Part shown: positions 63,861 through 64,000 of the stretch, in pieces
How the letters are laid out: the number at the start of each line of letters is the position of its first letter
Numbering within the stretch: position 1 is the first letter of the stretch
Origin: Salpingoeca rosetta
Lineage: Eukaryota; Protista; Choanoflagellata
DNA length: 64,000 bases
Direction of reading: 5' to 3'
Assembly (NCBI GenBank): GCA_033442325.1
Contig: JAWQFM010000021.1
Span: 666,022-730,021 of the forward strand
Translations under genes and position numbers: made by a program
Notes under the pieces: model-generated
Seen by the model: the letters and a program-made list of their open reading frames with translations, nothing else
What the model was told of the DNA's origin: nothing
The model's database searches: none

Positions 63861-64000
63861 GAACGCTCGTGATTGTCTGACGCATGAGGCCAACAACCAC
63901 AGATAGTTAGAACACAACATGTCGCAGACAGCGTTCTCCCAACTCCGACTGCTCCAACGCCTCAGCATCAAAGCCTTTGCTGTCAAGCAGAGCCAGCCAC

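Overview
Eukaryotic, intron-rich, microsatellite-laden DNA with (CA/GT)n introns, polyQ tracts and two 100-N assembly gaps. The style strongly suggests a choanoflagellate such as Salpingoeca rosetta (inference). The first ~31 kb is a compact run of mostly spliced genes, largely in head-to-head pairs: PUS1-type pseudouridine synthase (3' part), TAP42/IGBP1, TXNDC12, a secreted Cys-repeat protein, a hypothetical protein, LRRC57, RPS29, VPS29, RIC1, a second hypothetical and an intronless YbaK/ProX-family aminoacyl-tRNA editing protein. From 31822 to 62339 lies one apparently intronless ~30.5-kb hybrid PKS-NRPS megasynthase (~10,170 aa once three frame breaks, probably sequencing errors, are bridged). 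Its architecture is [MT-GNAT-ACP]-[KS-DH-ER-KR-ACP]-[KS-AT-KR-ACP]-[KS-KR-ACP]x3-[C-A(Cys-like)-PCP]. It has an SxtA/AprA/GphF-type methyltransferase-decarboxylase starter module, only one AT for five KS modules, and no release domain. It is transcribed divergently from the YbaK-like gene. This is the standout system of the window. All domain and family calls come from motifs read by eye; no searches were run.
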